Shown here: piece by piece, positions 10,768-21,894 of the stretch | Position numbering within the stretch: the first letter of the stretch is position 1 | Layout: each line of letters starts with the position of its first letter | Source of the DNA: Gammaproteobacteria bacterium | GTDB taxonomy: Bacteria; Pseudomonadota; Gammaproteobacteria; Eutrophobiales; Eutrophobiaceae | Reading direction: 5' to 3' | Assembly: GCA_965243205.1 (NCBI GenBank) | Contig: CBDEUK010000002.1 | Span: 1,376,001-1,440,000 of the forward strand | DNA length: 64,000 bases | Program-made: the position numbers and the translations under genes | Notes under the pieces: model-generated | The model's input: the letters and a program-made list of their open reading frames with translations, nothing else | Databases searched by the model: none | What the model was told of the DNA's origin: nothing

Positions 10768-11133
10768 ATGACTAGTAATAGCCAAAAGATGCTAATTGTC
10801 GATGATAGCAAGCTTTCAAGAATGATGATTAGAGGAATCGCAATCGACACGTTTCCAGAATTAGACATTATTGAAGCCGCAAATGGCGATGAAGCAATCG
10901 AATACTCTAAAGGAGAAGATATCGATATCATGACCATTGATTTTAATATGCCAGGTATCGATGGTATCGAATTAGCGGGGAAGCTCAAATCATCTCACCC
11001 TAATGCTCGTATTTCATTACTCACTGCTAACGTACAAGACGCTATTAGTGATAAAGCCCGTAACTTAGGTATCGGTTTTATCCCAAAACCTATCAATGAA
11101 GAAAAAGTGAAAAGCTTTCTTAATGCGGGGTAA
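10768..11133 (+). CDS. Single-domain response regulator (CheY-like receiver)
   Basis: LIVDDS, phosphoacceptor IDFNMPGIDG, LTAN, FIPKP; GGAG RBS before ATG 10768. Confidence 0.88.
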   Translation: MTSNSQKMLIVDDSKLSRMMIRGIAIDTFPELDIIEAANGDEAIEYSKGEDIDIMTIDFNMPGIDGIELAGKLKSSHPNARISLLTANVQDAISDKARNLGIGFIPKPINEEKVKSFLNAG

Positions 11134-11139
11134 TTCATT

Positions 11140-11769
11140 ATGGAACAATTAGATGATTTTGATATTGATAGCCTTAATGAACTCATCAACATGGCTATGG
11201 GCAGTGCAGCTGCAAAGTTACATGAACTATCGGGCAATGAAGTTAAAATGTCCGTGCCTAACGTTAAACTGATTTCTCTAGATGAATACAAAGAAAATTT
11301 AGAACGTGATTCTGATGAATTAATCAGTGTCACAGAAAGTTTTGGTGGTGATTTTAATGGCAATGCGGTTTTGTTGTTTCATTTCAACAAAAGCCGAAAT
11401 CTAATACGCGGTCTGATTCCAGACTTTAATGAAGATGATAGTTTTACCAATCTCGAAGAAGAGGTAATAACCGAAATTGGCAATATATTATTAAACAGTT
11501 GCATTTCAACTTTTGCCAACGTATTAAAACGAGAATTTACCACGTCTATACCTAAGTTTAATAAAGGTTCAACTAACCATATTATGGGAATTCTTTCAGA
11601 TAACCTTGAGAGCGGAGAAGACGAACTCAAGATTATTCTTGCCGAAGTAGAGTTTTATGTCGAGGCGAAAGAAGTCTCTGGTCATATGGCATTGACTGTG
11701 AGCTTACCTGTTTTAAAAACATTATTAAATGAACTCTACGCAGCAGTAAATATTACCAAAGTTGCTTAA
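11140..11769 (+). CDS. CheC/CheX-family phosphatase
   Basis: Two ExxN motifs (NELINMAMG, TEIGNILLN) and SVPNV / SIPK segments. Confidence 0.85.
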   Translation: MEQLDDFDIDSLNELINMAMGSAAAKLHELSGNEVKMSVPNVKLISLDEYKENLERDSDELISVTESFGGDFNGNAVLLFHFNKSRNLIRGLIPDFNEDDSFTNLEEEVITEIGNILLNSCISTFANVLKREFTTSIPKFNKGSTNHIMGILSDNLESGEDELKIILAEVEFYVEAKEVSGHMALTVSLPVLKTLLNELYAAVNITKVA

Positions 11770-11775
11770 TACCCA

Positions 11776-13539
11776 ATGTTTCTAGACGATAATTTTAAAC
11801 TGTTTTTAAGTTCTTGTGATGCTGGGGTCATTGTTTTAGATCAGAGTTATTCCATTGTGGCTTGGAATCAATGGATGACTGAATGTACTAATCTAAAAGA
11901 ATCATCTGCTCTAAATAAAACATTGCATGAAATCTTTGATAACCGTTTAAGTAAACATCTAGAATCAGTTATTCAAAGTTGTTTAGAACTTGGTCATAGT
12001 GCTTTCCTATCGCCGCGTTTTCATAAACACCCTTTACCATTATATCGAAAAAAAAATCAACCTGATGAAACCATCATCTATCAAAAAATCACTGTATCAA
12101 GAGTAATCAATAAAAATGGTGAAAAATTTTGTTTTATCAATATCAATGATGTCAGTGCATCTGTATTAAGAGAACAAAAATTAATTGAACAAACCATCGA
12201 ATTAAAACTGGTTAAAGAAAACCTAATTGAATCGAATAATCGTGTTCAAGATCTTGCGTTTCAAGATAACCTTACATGTCTTGCAAATCGAAATTTATTT
12301 AATGACCATCTAGAAATGGCCATTGCATTAGGCAAACGACAAAAAAGCAAATTTTCTGTTTTATTGATTGATTTAGATCACTTTAAACAAACAAACGATT
12401 CTTATGGTCATGATGTCGGTGACAAACTTCTTAAAGAGGTATCATCAAGAATTAAAAGTTGTTTACGTGAATCAGATACGGCTGCACGTTTAGGCGGTGA
12501 TGAATTTGCAATTATTCAACCAGATTTACGATCGATAGACAGTGCCACTACATTAGCCAAAAAAATTATTGAGGCTATTACAAAACCTATCAACATAAAT
12601 GATTTATCTATTCAAAGCAGTTGTTCAATCGGTGTTTCAATATTCCCTGATGATGGGTTAACAAAAGACATTTTGTTAAAAAATGCTGACCTTGCGCTTT
12701 ATCACATTAAAGATACCAGTCGTTCGGACTGGTCGTTTTATTCAGAGCAGATGCGTAAAGAACAAACTAAACGTCAGCTTCAAAGAGATAAACTTTATAA
12801 TGCAATAAAAAATAATAAGATCATAGCGTACTATCAACCAGAAATTTGTTTAGCTACAAAAAAAATATCTTGTTTAGAAGCTTTAGCGCGATATATTGAT
12901 GAAGACGACAACATCATCATGCCTTATGAGTTCATCGAGGTGGCTGAAGAATATGGTTTGATTAATGATGTAACTATTTCAATATTAAAAACCATATGCC
13001 GCTCTAAAGTATTATTGGAATATACCTCAGCTTCTCGTATTGCAATCAATTTATCTGCAAAACAATTTTTCGATAATGAATTAATCAAAGAATTATTTGA
13101 TACACATGATTTTCTTAATAAGAACAATTCAGGTTTAGAGATTGAAATAACAGAAAGTATTTTGATTAAAAATCCAGAATACGCTATTGAAATTCTTCAT
13201 CGACTTGCAAAAAAAGGTATTTCAATAGCTCTAGATGATTTTGGAACAGGTTATTCCTCACTCCAATATTTAAGCAAATTCCCTATTCATAAATTAAAAA
13301 TTGACCGATCATTCATACATGATATTGGTTCTAATACCTCAAATGAAGTCATCACAAATTCAATCATATCCCTTGGACATAATTTAGGTTTAGAGGTGGT
13401 CGCTGAAGGTGTTGAAACATTGGAACATCAAAATTACCTTATCGAAAAAAGCTGTGACTATGGACAAGGTTATTACTACAGTAAACCTATTGATGAAAAT
13501 GGGATCTTAGCCTACTGCAAAAAATCTAAAGCAGCTTAG
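11776..13539 (+). CDS. PAS-GGDEF-EAL diguanylate cyclase/phosphodiesterase
   Basis: N-terminal PAS-like region (IVAWNQWM), DLDHFK, RLGGDEF, LEALAR, DDFGTGYSSL, AEGVE. Confidence 0.92.
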   Translation: MFLDDNFKLFLSSCDAGVIVLDQSYSIVAWNQWMTECTNLKESSALNKTLHEIFDNRLSKHLESVIQSCLELGHSAFLSPRFHKHPLPLYRKKNQPDETIIYQKITVSRVINKNGEKFCFININDVSASVLREQKLIEQTIELKLVKENLIESNNRVQDLAFQDNLTCLANRNLFNDHLEMAIALGKRQKSKFSVLLIDLDHFKQTNDSYGHDVGDKLLKEVSSRIKSCLRESDTAARLGGDEFAIIQPDLRSIDSATTLAKKIIEAITKPININDLSIQSSCSIGVSIFPDDGLTKDILLKNADLALYHIKDTSRSDWSFYSEQMRKEQTKRQLQRDKLYNAIKNNKIIAYYQPEICLATKKISCLEALARYIDEDDNIIMPYEFIEVAEEYGLINDVTISILKTICRSKVLLEYTSASRIAINLSAKQFFDNELIKELFDTHDFLNKNNSGLEIEITESILIKNPEYAIEILHRLAKKGISIALDDFGTGYSSLQYLSKFPIHKLKIDRSFIHDIGSNTSNEVITNSIISLGHNLGLEVVAEGVETLEHQNYLIEKSCDYGQGYYYSKPIDENGILAYCKKSKAA

Positions 13540-13580
13540 ATTACAGACATAATTTAAATTTTTTTCATCATTAGATTTTT

Positions 13581-14480
13581 TTATTTCTTTCGAGCTCTTG
13601 GGTGAGCTTTATCATATACACTCGACAAATGTTGAAAATCCAAATGCGTATACACTTGAGTTGTTGAAATATCGGAATGGCCAAGCAGTTCCTGTACTGC
13701 ACGTAAATCACCACTGGATTCTAATAAATGACTTGCAAAGGAATGGCGTAACATGTGTGGATGCAATGAGATATCGATACCTTGTTGTATAGCTCTTTGT
13801 TTGAAGCGCTGTTGAATCGTCCGTGGACTGATACGTTTTCCTCTTTTAGAAATAAACACTGCTGAGTCTAGATCAATCGACTCATTAACTAATTCACTTC
13901 TAAAGCGATACCATTGCCTTAACGCAGTAATCGCTTTGCTGCCAATTGGCACACTACGTTCTTTACTGCCTTTGCCTATAACATTTACAACACGGTCATT
14001 CATATCAATATCTTTGATATTTAATCCTACTAATTCGGAAAGTCGTAAACCTGAAGAATACATCAATTCTATAATCGCCTTATCGCGCACAGCCAAAGGA
14101 TCAGATTCATCAAAATTTAAAAGCTGCCCTGCTTGCTCAGTATCCAATACTTTTGGTAATTTTCGTGCGGACTTTGGTGGTGAGATACCTTGGGCAGGAT
14201 TATTGGTGACAAGATCGTTTTGTAATAAGAATTGATAAAAACGTCTTATAGAAGATAAGTTGCGTTGTAACGATTTACCCGAAATACCTGAACGATGACG
14301 TTTAGCAATGTATTGTTGCAAGCCATGGTTATCGAGTTCAGTCCATGATGTTAACGATTGTGATTCACAATAAGATTGTAATTCTTTTAAATCGCGTTGA
14401 TATGCCTTTCGAGTATGCTCTGATAAATGTTGAATGCTGTTAAAAAATTTTTGAGTAGCATCAACAAAAAGTTCGCTCAT
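13581..14480 (-). CDS. xerC: Tyrosine recombinase XerC
   Basis: SSGLRLSEL, HPHMLRHSFASH, LGHSDISTTQVYTH; dapF-yigA-xerC operon. Confidence 0.95.
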   Translation of the reverse strand: MSELFVDATQKFFNSIQHLSEHTRKAYQRDLKELQSYCESQSLTSWTELDNHGLQQYIAKRHRSGISGKSLQRNLSSIRRFYQFLLQNDLVTNNPAQGISPPKSARKLPKVLDTEQAGQLLNFDESDPLAVRDKAIIELMYSSGLRLSELVGLNIKDIDMNDRVVNVIGKGSKERSVPIGSKAITALRQWYRFRSELVNESIDLDSAVFISKRGKRISPRTIQQRFKQRAIQQGIDISLHPHMLRHSFASHLLESSGDLRAVQELLGHSDISTTQVYTHLDFQHLSSVYDKAHPRARKK

Positions 14481-14499
14481 GATTGATTAACAATCTCTA

Positions 14500-15204
14500 C
14501 TATTCTGCAACCCAGGTTTTCAAAATTAAGCTCAACATATCAGCAAGGTTAGTTAGTAGCTCAACTCCCATACCTGGTTGGAAACGTTCTGCATCAAAAC
14601 TACCTATGGATAAGATACCATTCCAATTAAAACCGATTAGAGGTACTAATACTGCTGAATTAATACTATCGCCATCATCCCCGAATAGAAAAACCTGTTG
14701 TTGGTGTTTTAACCGGCCCGATAAAGGACGTTGTTTTTCAATAATGGATTTAAACAATTGTTCATCGAGCGTACTTTTACCAACAAACTCTGGTCCTGCT
14801 TCAAAATCGATAAAGGCAGGATCTGCAAATAATTTCACCGCAACAGTATCGGCATGAAAGTTTTTCTTAAGATTATCGTAAAGGGTAGAAAAAATTTCTC
14901 GTGGGTCACCTGAATCCATTAAGGTTAGAGCAAGTTGATGCATACGTTGCGCAAGCTCTTCGTTTTGTCGAGCTATCTCTATGAGTTCATGTAGTCGTTT
15001 ATTGAGTTGTTGATTTTGTTCACGTAGTACCGAAATTTGTTTTTCAACCAATGAAACAGCGTCACCCGATTGATGCGTAATTTCTAATTCACTGAGTAAT
15101 TCCGCATGTTTTGTAAAAAAATCAGGGTGCGCTTGTAGATAAGTCGCCACATCCGCTTCGGTAATGGACGTGTAACTCTGTTCGGTTTCATTTTGTGTGG
15201 TCAT
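14500..15204 (-). CDS. DUF484 family protein (YigA)
   Basis: VATYLQAHPDFF, AVSLVEKQ..LR; located between dapF and xerC. Confidence 0.9.
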   Translation of the reverse strand: MTTQNETEQSYTSITEADVATYLQAHPDFFTKHAELLSELEITHQSGDAVSLVEKQISVLREQNQQLNKRLHELIEIARQNEELAQRMHQLALTLMDSGDPREIFSTLYDNLKKNFHADTVAVKLFADPAFIDFEAGPEFVGKSTLDEQLFKSIIEKQRPLSGRLKHQQQVFLFGDDGDSINSAVLVPLIGFNWNGILSIGSFDAERFQPGMGVELLTNLADMLSLILKTWVAE

Positions 15205-16031
15205 AAACTAATTTTCCCCTCAAACACTAACTTCGCTGGTCCTGTCATCCAAACCTGTTCACCATCTCCATCCCATTGAATATTTAAACTGCCGCCTGGT
15301 AAGGTAACATCTACTGATGATTCCAAACCATGGTATTGTCTACCCACCACAACCGCAGCACAAGCACCAGTTCCACAAGCTAATGTTTCGCCTACACCAC
15401 GCTCGTAGACCCTGAGTTTAATGTTTGAAGAATCTACAATCTGCATAAAACCAACATTCACACTATTTTCGAATAATGCGTTTTGTTGAATAGGGGCAGC
15501 AATGCTTGCTATAGGATAATCCTCTAGGCCTTCTACCTGAATTACCGCGTGAGGATTACCCATACTTACGGCATTAAAGTCAAACGTTTGGGAATCAACA
15601 TCGATTAAATACTCATTTTTTTGGCTATCAGTATTCAATCCAATACCTTGTGTTGAGAAATCAGGTACGCCCATATCAACTCGAACATGACCATTAGCCT
15701 CATTGTATAAATGAATAACACCTTTTTGAGTCTCAGCAGATATTATCGACTTATCAATGCCGCGTTTTTCTCGAAGATAAACTGCGATACATCGCGCACC
15801 ATTCCCACATTGTTCAACTTCATCACCGTCAGCATTGTAAATGCGATACAGAACATCGTTATCAATCGAGTTTGGTTTTTCGAGAGCTAATAATTGATCA
15901 CAGCCGATACCAAAATTTCGATCAGCTATATAACGAATTTGCTCTGAGGAAAGTTCTTGTTTGTGATCGATGAAATCCAGCACAACAAAGTCATTGCCAA
16001 GACCATGCATTTTGCAAAAATTTAACTGCAT
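15201..16031 (-). CDS. dapF: Diaminopimelate epimerase
   Basis: KMHGLGNDF, QCGNGARC, ERGVGETLACGTG. Confidence 0.97.
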   Translation of the reverse strand: MQLNFCKMHGLGNDFVVLDFIDHKQELSSEQIRYIADRNFGIGCDQLLALEKPNSIDNDVLYRIYNADGDEVEQCGNGARCIAVYLREKRGIDKSIISAETQKGVIHLYNEANGHVRVDMGVPDFSTQGIGLNTDSQKNEYLIDVDSQTFDFNAVSMGNPHAVIQVEGLEDYPIASIAAPIQQNALFENSVNVGFMQIVDSSNIKLRVYERGVGETLACGTGACAAVVVGRQYHGLESSVDVTLPGGSLNIQWDGDGEQVWMTGPAKLVFEGKISL

Positions 16032-16052
16032 CTTGAATACACTAGCAAAGAA

Positions 16053-16502
16053 TTAGCTAGCAAGGATTTCGACTTGTAAAATAATACCATCGACCGCTGT
16101 GACTTTAACGCGTTGGCCTTGCTCCGCATCCTCACCTTTGACTTTCCATATCGAATCACCAATTTTAACTTTACCATAACCATTAATAATTGGATCTGCT
16201 AAGGTATAAGTTTGACCGACGTATTGCTCACCACGACGATTCAATGTTGGGGCATCGGTTTTTATTGGATTGCGAGTTAAATACATTCTGTATCCAACTA
16301 AACTTGTGATAGAGAAAATTGCAAACAACATACACTCCAGTTGCCAAGACATATCAGGGAACATCCATGACAAGCATCCAACCACAAAGGCAGCGATACC
16401 AAACCATAAGAAAAAAGTAGCTGGTGCTAATAATTCAATAATTAATAAAATAAGTCCGGCAGTCCACCACTGCCACGACTCTATATTAGTAATAAATTCC
16501 AT
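16053..16502 (-). CDS. NfeD-like membrane protein (YbbJ family)
   Basis: Hydrophobic N-terminus, LNRRGEQYVG, OB-fold C-terminus; partner of the adjacent SPFH gene. Confidence 0.88.
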   Translation of the reverse strand: MEFITNIESWQWWTAGLILLIIELLAPATFFLWFGIAAFVVGCLSWMFPDMSWQLECMLFAIFSITSLVGYRMYLTRNPIKTDAPTLNRRGEQYVGQTYTLADPIINGYGKVKIGDSIWKVKGEDAEQGQRVKVTAVDGIILQVEILAS

Positions 16503-16528
16503 AATGCTCTCTCTGTTAACTCAGATAT

Positions 16529-17452
16529 TTAAGACTGAGGTTTTTTATCAAATGCTTCTTTGGCTATTTCTGTAATACCTGCAATAGAACCAATCACACT
16601 ACCAGCTTCTAGAGGCATTAATACGACTTTTTGATTATCTGCTGAAGCAATATCTTTCAAAGCATCCACATATTTATTTGCAACGAAATAGTTAATAGCC
16701 TGTATATCACCTGTCGCAATCGCATTTGATACATCTTGAGTCGCTTTTGCTTCTGCGGCGGCTAAACGTTCTCTCGCTTCTGCTTCACGAAACGCAGCCT
16801 CTTTATCACCTTCGGCTTGTAAAATAGCTGCTTGTTTTTCACCGTCGGCTTTCAAGATTTCTGCTTGTCGGAAACCTTCTGCTTCTAAAATATTGGCACG
16901 CTTTTCACGTTCAGCTTTCATTTGTCTGGCCATAGCATCAACCAAATCTTGTGGTGGACGAATATCTTTAATTTCGATACGAGTTACTTTTACACCCCAA
17001 GGAGTCGTAGCGTCATCCACAACAGTTAGTAACTGTGCATTAATGTTGTCACGTTTGGATAATAATTCATCGAGATCCATTGAACCCATGACCGTACGAA
17101 TATTCGTCATAGTTAGATTTAATAATGCATTGGAAAGATTATTGACTTCATAAGCTGCCGCTGCAGCATCCAGTACTTGGAAATAAACCACGCCATCAAC
17201 CTGCACCATAGCATTATCTTTGGTAATAACTTCTTGTGAAGGTACATCGAGCACAATTTCCATCATATTCATCTTATGACCGATACGGTCAATAAATGGA
17301 ATGATAAAGTGTAATCCAGGACGCAGACTTTTGGTAAAACGGCCAAATCGCTCAACCGTGTACTCATAACCTTGAGGTACCGATTTAGCCATCATGAAGA
17401 CTAGAATGACTGCTAAAAATAAGAATAAAATAATCAAGCTATCAGGGCCCAT
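16529..17452 (-). CDS. qmcA: SPFH/Band 7 stomatin-like protein (QmcA family)
   Basis: [38 protein letters not shown]. Confidence 0.9.
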   Translation of the reverse strand: MGPDSLIILFLFLAVILVFMMAKSVPQGYEYTVERFGRFTKSLRPGLHFIIPFIDRIGHKMNMMEIVLDVPSQEVITKDNAMVQVDGVVYFQVLDAAAAAYEVNNLSNALLNLTMTNIRTVMGSMDLDELLSKRDNINAQLLTVVDDATTPWGVKVTRIEIKDIRPPQDLVDAMARQMKAEREKRANILEAEGFRQAEILKADGEKQAAILQAEGDKEAAFREAEARERLAAAEAKATQDVSNAIATGDIQAINYFVANKYVDALKDIASADNQKVVLMPLEAGSVIGSIAGITEIAKEAFDKKPQS

Positions 17453-17525
17453 GGCTATGCTCCTTTAAATGATTCAATATAACGTAATATGGTGACAAAA
17501 TTAGTTAATTCAAGTCTAAACTAAT

Positions 17526-18368
17526 TTAATTATTTTGCTCATCCAAGTCATTATCCTGACTAATTTTGAGTTCTGCAATTAACTCATCCATCCAAACTAG
17601 CATACGTTTGACCAAGATCACTTTTTGATTGGTAAATTCTTGATCCGCCCCACCAACCATAATTTGCTTATAAAAATTATTTTCCGCTTTACGAATCGCT
17701 AGCCGTCGATCCGCAGCACTATCGATAACTATTTCAAGATCATTACTGCCATAAAGGTCTAGCAAAGGTAATCCAAAACCCTCCAATTCTTTTAGCAAAT
17801 TAAATTTAGGGTTCAAATATGGATAGGGTTTCAAGCCAATACCTATCATACCAAGCACTCCAGGATTATCTTTTTTCAATGAATCAAGACCTGTGACGGC
17901 GCCGAACCCATAGCCTATAAGTACAATATTTTCATAATTCAAACTTGCTAAATGCTTAACCGCTTTATTAATGCGCTTACTTGCTTCGTCAAAGGTTTTA
18001 CCATAATCATCAACTGGTTCATCAGAAAATAATAGCGGTAGTTGAATCGAAAATGTTGACCATCCATGCTTGGGCAAATCTTCTCTTAGATATTGAATGA
18101 CACCTGGCCAATCTGGGTGACCTGCCATTGGATGTAATAGAACCACAGCGCCTTTTTTTTCATCGCTAAGGTATTGTTGATAAAGCGCCAAAACTTCATG
18201 TTTTGCAAGCTTAAGTTGAACTGGCTCACCCGCAATATTTCGTTCAACTAACTTTTTGGCTATTAGCTGTTCCCGTTCAAAATCGATGTAAATTTCGCTA
18301 TAAACACTATGGGAAAACAGGTTCAATAGGAAACTGATGATGATTAATTTCATTTTATTCATTATCAC
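17526..18368 (-). CDS. DUF3530-like alpha/beta-hydrolase-fold exported protein
   Basis: Signal peptide, GAVVLLH...HPDWP, GWSTFSIQLP, LIGYGFGA, PLLDLYG. Confidence 0.7.
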   Translation of the reverse strand: MIMNKMKLIIISFLLNLFSHSVYSEIYIDFEREQLIAKKLVERNIAGEPVQLKLAKHEVLALYQQYLSDEKKGAVVLLHPMAGHPDWPGVIQYLREDLPKHGWSTFSIQLPLLFSDEPVDDYGKTFDEASKRINKAVKHLASLNYENIVLIGYGFGAVTGLDSLKKDNPGVLGMIGIGLKPYPYLNPKFNLLKELEGFGLPLLDLYGSNDLEIVIDSAADRRLAIRKAENNFYKQIMVGGADQEFTNQKVILVKRMLVWMDELIAELKISQDNDLDEQNN

Positions 18369-18454
18369 TGGCCTAATGTCATATAGCTAAGAACCGCCTA
18401 ATCGGTTAAAGTTGCGTTCAGAAATATTCCAATAATCATAATAGTTTAATTCAA

Positions 18455-19123
18455 ATGTCTAATCATATTATCGCGCCATCTATTTTATCGGCCAATATGG
18501 CAAAACTCGGAGAGGATGTTGAAGCCGTGATAAAAGCTGGGGCTGATTTTGTCCATGTCGATGTCATGGATAATCACTATGTGCCTAACCTCACTTTTGG
18601 TCCAGTGATCGTACAAGCTCTGCGTGATCATGGTATTACTGCGCCAATGGACGTGCATTTGATGATAAAACCAGTCGATGCTCTGATTCCGGAATTTGCC
18701 AAAGCAGGAGCGACGTATATCACCTTTCACCCTGAAGCCAGTGAACATATCGATAGAACTATCCAGCTGATTATTGATTCTGGTTGTAAACCTGGTTTGG
18801 TTTTGAATCCTGCAACTTCCGTCCATTATCTGGATCATATACTAGAGAAACTGGATATGATTCTTCTAATGTCGGTAAACCCAGGGTTTGGCGGTCAATC
18901 TTTCATACCGAGTTCTTTGGAAAAACTCCGTACCGTTAGAAAACTGATTGACGAAAGCGGTCACGATATTCGCTTAGAAATTGATGGCGGAGTGAAAGTT
19001 GATAATATCGCCGAAATTGCGCGAGCTGGTGCTGATACCTTTGTTGCAGGTTCAGCTATTTTTAACAGCCCTGATTACTCGTCCACCATCTCTCAAATGC
19101 GAGAGGAGTTAGCTTCCGTTTAA
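18455..19123 (+). CDS. rpe: Ribulose-phosphate 3-epimerase
   Basis: [37 protein letters not shown]. Confidence 0.97.
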   Translation: MSNHIIAPSILSANMAKLGEDVEAVIKAGADFVHVDVMDNHYVPNLTFGPVIVQALRDHGITAPMDVHLMIKPVDALIPEFAKAGATYITFHPEASEHIDRTIQLIIDSGCKPGLVLNPATSVHYLDHILEKLDMILLMSVNPGFGGQSFIPSSLEKLRTVRKLIDESGHDIRLEIDGGVKVDNIAEIARAGADTFVAGSAIFNSPDYSSTISQMREELASV

Positions 19124-19128
19124 ATTCG

Positions 19129-19797
19129 ATGTTGTTGAGCAAACCGCAACTTGTCGCCTTCGATTTGGATGGAACATTGGTCGATAGCGCTTTAGACATA
19201 GCTCTTTCAGTTAACCTGATGTTGAAAAAACTGAATAAACCCGAACATTCTGAACAAACAATTCGTCATTGGATTGGTAATGGCGTTGAAAAATTAGTAC
19301 ACCGTGCCCTTACTGGCGATGAGGATGGTATTGCTGAACGTACACTTTTTGAAACTGCTTTAGCTATTTTTAAAGAATTTTATACGGAGAATGTGTGTAA
19401 CCGCAGCCAAGTTTATCCAAATGTAGTAGAAACGTTAGATCACCTTAAAGCAAAAGGCTATAAACTTGCGGTGATTACCAATAAACCAACTGTGTTTACT
19501 GAAGAGTTGCTAAAAAAATTAAGCTTATTCGATTATTTTGCCTTAATAATATCTGGCGATAGCTTAAAGAAAAAGAAACCTGATCCGATGCAACTATCAC
19601 ATACCGCGGAATATTTTAATATCTCTCCTGAAGATGCCTTGATGGTCGGAGACTCCATCAATGATGTTCTCGCAGGAAAAGCAGCAGGTTTTCAAGTACT
19701 TTGTGTCGATTACGGTTACAATCGTGGAGTGGATATACGAGAATCTAGCCCAGATTGTGTGGTTAGCTCTCTCGCGGCCCTCAAAAAATTAATGTAA
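19129..19797 (+). CDS. gph: Phosphoglycolate phosphatase
   Basis: [24 protein letters not shown]; rpe-gph-trpE context. Confidence 0.92.
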   Translation: MLLSKPQLVAFDLDGTLVDSALDIALSVNLMLKKLNKPEHSEQTIRHWIGNGVEKLVHRALTGDEDGIAERTLFETALAIFKEFYTENVCNRSQVYPNVVETLDHLKAKGYKLAVITNKPTVFTEELLKKLSLFDYFALIISGDSLKKKKPDPMQLSHTAEYFNISPEDALMVGDSINDVLAGKAAGFQVLCVDYGYNRGVDIRESSPDCVVSSLAALKKLM

Positions 19798-19807
19798 TTT
19801 TATATTT

Positions 19808-21307
19808 ATGAGTCCTGAAGAATTTCAAATTTTAGCAGATGCTGGTTATAACCGTATCCCATTGATGCGTGAAGTACTGGCGGATCTCGAAACGCCATTG
19901 AGCGCGTATATGAAACTCGCCAATGGTCCTTACTCTTATTTATTTGAATCAGTACAAGGCGGTGAAAAATGGGGTCGTTATTCCATTATTGGTTTGCCTG
20001 CCTCATTGGTTTTTAAAGTTCGTGGTAATTACATCAGTATTGAGCAAGACGGTGTGACCGTCGAACAAGTACAAACCAACGATCCACTTAAGGAAATCGA
20101 ATTATTACAACAAGAATTTAACGTCCCAGAGGTACATGGTTTACCGCGCTTTACTGGTGGCCTAGTGGGTTACTTTGGTTACGACACCATCGGTTATATT
20201 GAAAAACGCTTAAAGCAAAATAATAAATCTGACCCGTTAGGCTGCCCTGATATATTGTTGATGGTGTCAGAAAAAGTTATTGTATTTGATAACCTCAGCG
20301 GCAAGTTATACATCATCGTACATGCCAATCCCGAACAAGAAAATGCGTATGAAAATGGTTTAATCGAACTAGAAGAAATTCAAGAAAAATTACAAACCAC
20401 TTCTTTACCACCAATCCACCATACTCCGCGACAAATTTCTGAAACTGATTTTGTCTCTGATTTTAGCCGTGAAGAATTTGAAGAAGCTGTTGAAAAAATA
20501 AAACAATACATTGTTGAAGGCGATACCATGCAAGTGGTTTTATCTCAGCGGCTATCCATACCGTTCGAAGCACCACCAATTAATTTATACCGCGCTTTAC
20601 GCAGTTTAAATCCATCTCCATATATGTATTTCTTGAATCTCAGTGATTTTCATATCGTCGGTTCATCACCAGAAATTCTGGTGAGAAAAGAAGACGATAA
20701 AGTTACTGTTAGACCGATTGCTGGTACGCGCCCTCGTGGAGCTAGCGAAGAAGAAGACAACGCACATGAATTCGATTTAATGCAAGATCCTAAAGAGTTA
20801 GCAGAGCATCTAATGCTAATCGATTTAGGCAGAAATGACATAGGACGTGTTGCAAGATTTGGCAGTGTTGAAGTCACTGAAAATATGGCTATCGAACGTT
20901 ATTCACATGTGATGCACATTGTTTCGAATGTAGTCGGCGAACTGAACGAGGAACTAAGCAGCATTGATGTTTTACGTGCTACTTTTCCAGCCGGTACTGT
21001 ATCTGGTGCACCAAAAATTCGTGCTATGGAAATCATTGATGAATTAGAACCTGTAAAACGTGGTGTTTATGCAGGTGCAATTGGCTATCTTTCTTGGGCG
21101 GGCAATATGGATACCGCTATAGCTATTCGAACAGCAGTCATCAAAGATAAACATTTATCCATTCAGGCAGGTGCTGGTGTTGTTGCCGATTCAGTGCCAA
21201 GTAAAGAATGGGAAGAAACCATGAATAAAGGTCGTGCAATCTTTCGTGCCGTTAGCATGGCTGAGCGAGGCTTACATAAAAAACCGAAAAAGGTAGTGCT
21301 GCCATGA
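19808..21307 (+). CDS. trpE: Anthranilate synthase component I
   Basis: [50 protein letters not shown]. Confidence 0.96.
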   Translation: MSPEEFQILADAGYNRIPLMREVLADLETPLSAYMKLANGPYSYLFESVQGGEKWGRYSIIGLPASLVFKVRGNYISIEQDGVTVEQVQTNDPLKEIELLQQEFNVPEVHGLPRFTGGLVGYFGYDTIGYIEKRLKQNNKSDPLGCPDILLMVSEKVIVFDNLSGKLYIIVHANPEQENAYENGLIELEEIQEKLQTTSLPPIHHTPRQISETDFVSDFSREEFEEAVEKIKQYIVEGDTMQVVLSQRLSIPFEAPPINLYRALRSLNPSPYMYFLNLSDFHIVGSSPEILVRKEDDKVTVRPIAGTRPRGASEEEDNAHEFDLMQDPKELAEHLMLIDLGRNDIGRVARFGSVEVTENMAIERYSHVMHIVSNVVGELNEELSSIDVLRATFPAGTVSGAPKIRAMEIIDELEPVKRGVYAGAIGYLSWAGNMDTAIAIRTAVIKDKHLSIQAGAGVVADSVPSKEWEETMNKGRAIFRAVSMAERGLHKKPKKVVLP

Positions 21308-21888
21308 TTTTAATGATCGACAATTACGATTCCTTTACCTATAACTTAGTGCAATATCTAGGTGAACTTGGTCAAGATGTTCAAGTACATCGTAATGATG
21401 AGATTTCGATTCAACAAATTGAAGAATTAGCACCAAACCAAATTGTTATCTCTCCTGGACCATGCACACCGAATGAGGCAGGTGTTTCCATCGAAGTTAT
21501 TTCGCAATTTAAAGGTAAAATCCCAATACTAGGGGTTTGCTTAGGTCATCAAAGTATTGGCCAAGTGTTCGGCGGAAAAATCATTCATGCCAGAGAAATC
21601 ATGCACGGTAAAACTTCGGATATTTATCATTCAGGCGAAGATGTATTTATGGGATTTTCAAATCCATTTACCGCGACTCGTTATCATTCACTCGTGGTTG
21701 AAAAAGAAAGCTTGCCAGATTGTTTTGATGTTACAGCCTGGACTCAAACCCCTGATGGGCAAATGGATGAAATCATGGGTATTAAACATAAAGAATACGC
21801 GATTTCTGGCGTGCAGTTTCATCCTGAATCGATCCTCACAGCGTTTGGTTATGATTTATTAAATAACTTTTTAATCCAAGATATTTAA
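21304..21888 (+). CDS. trpG: Anthranilate synthase component II (glutamine amidotransferase)
   Basis: [24 protein letters not shown]. Confidence 0.95.
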   Translation: MILMIDNYDSFTYNLVQYLGELGQDVQVHRNDEISIQQIEELAPNQIVISPGPCTPNEAGVSIEVISQFKGKIPILGVCLGHQSIGQVFGGKIIHAREIMHGKTSDIYHSGEDVFMGFSNPFTATRYHSLVVEKESLPDCFDVTAWTQTPDGQMDEIMGIKHKEYAISGVQFHPESILTAFGYDLLNNFLIQDI

Positions 21889-21894
21889 CGGCTC

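Noticed and set aside
13581-14480. Tyrosine recombinase as a possible phage or island integrase
   Set aside because: Sequence and dapF-yigA context identify housekeeping XerC; no att sites or phage genes seen
19798-19807. trp attenuator or leader peptide
   Set aside because: trpE follows gph after 10 bp, leaving no room for a leader; this is the ordinary Pseudomonas-like arrangement
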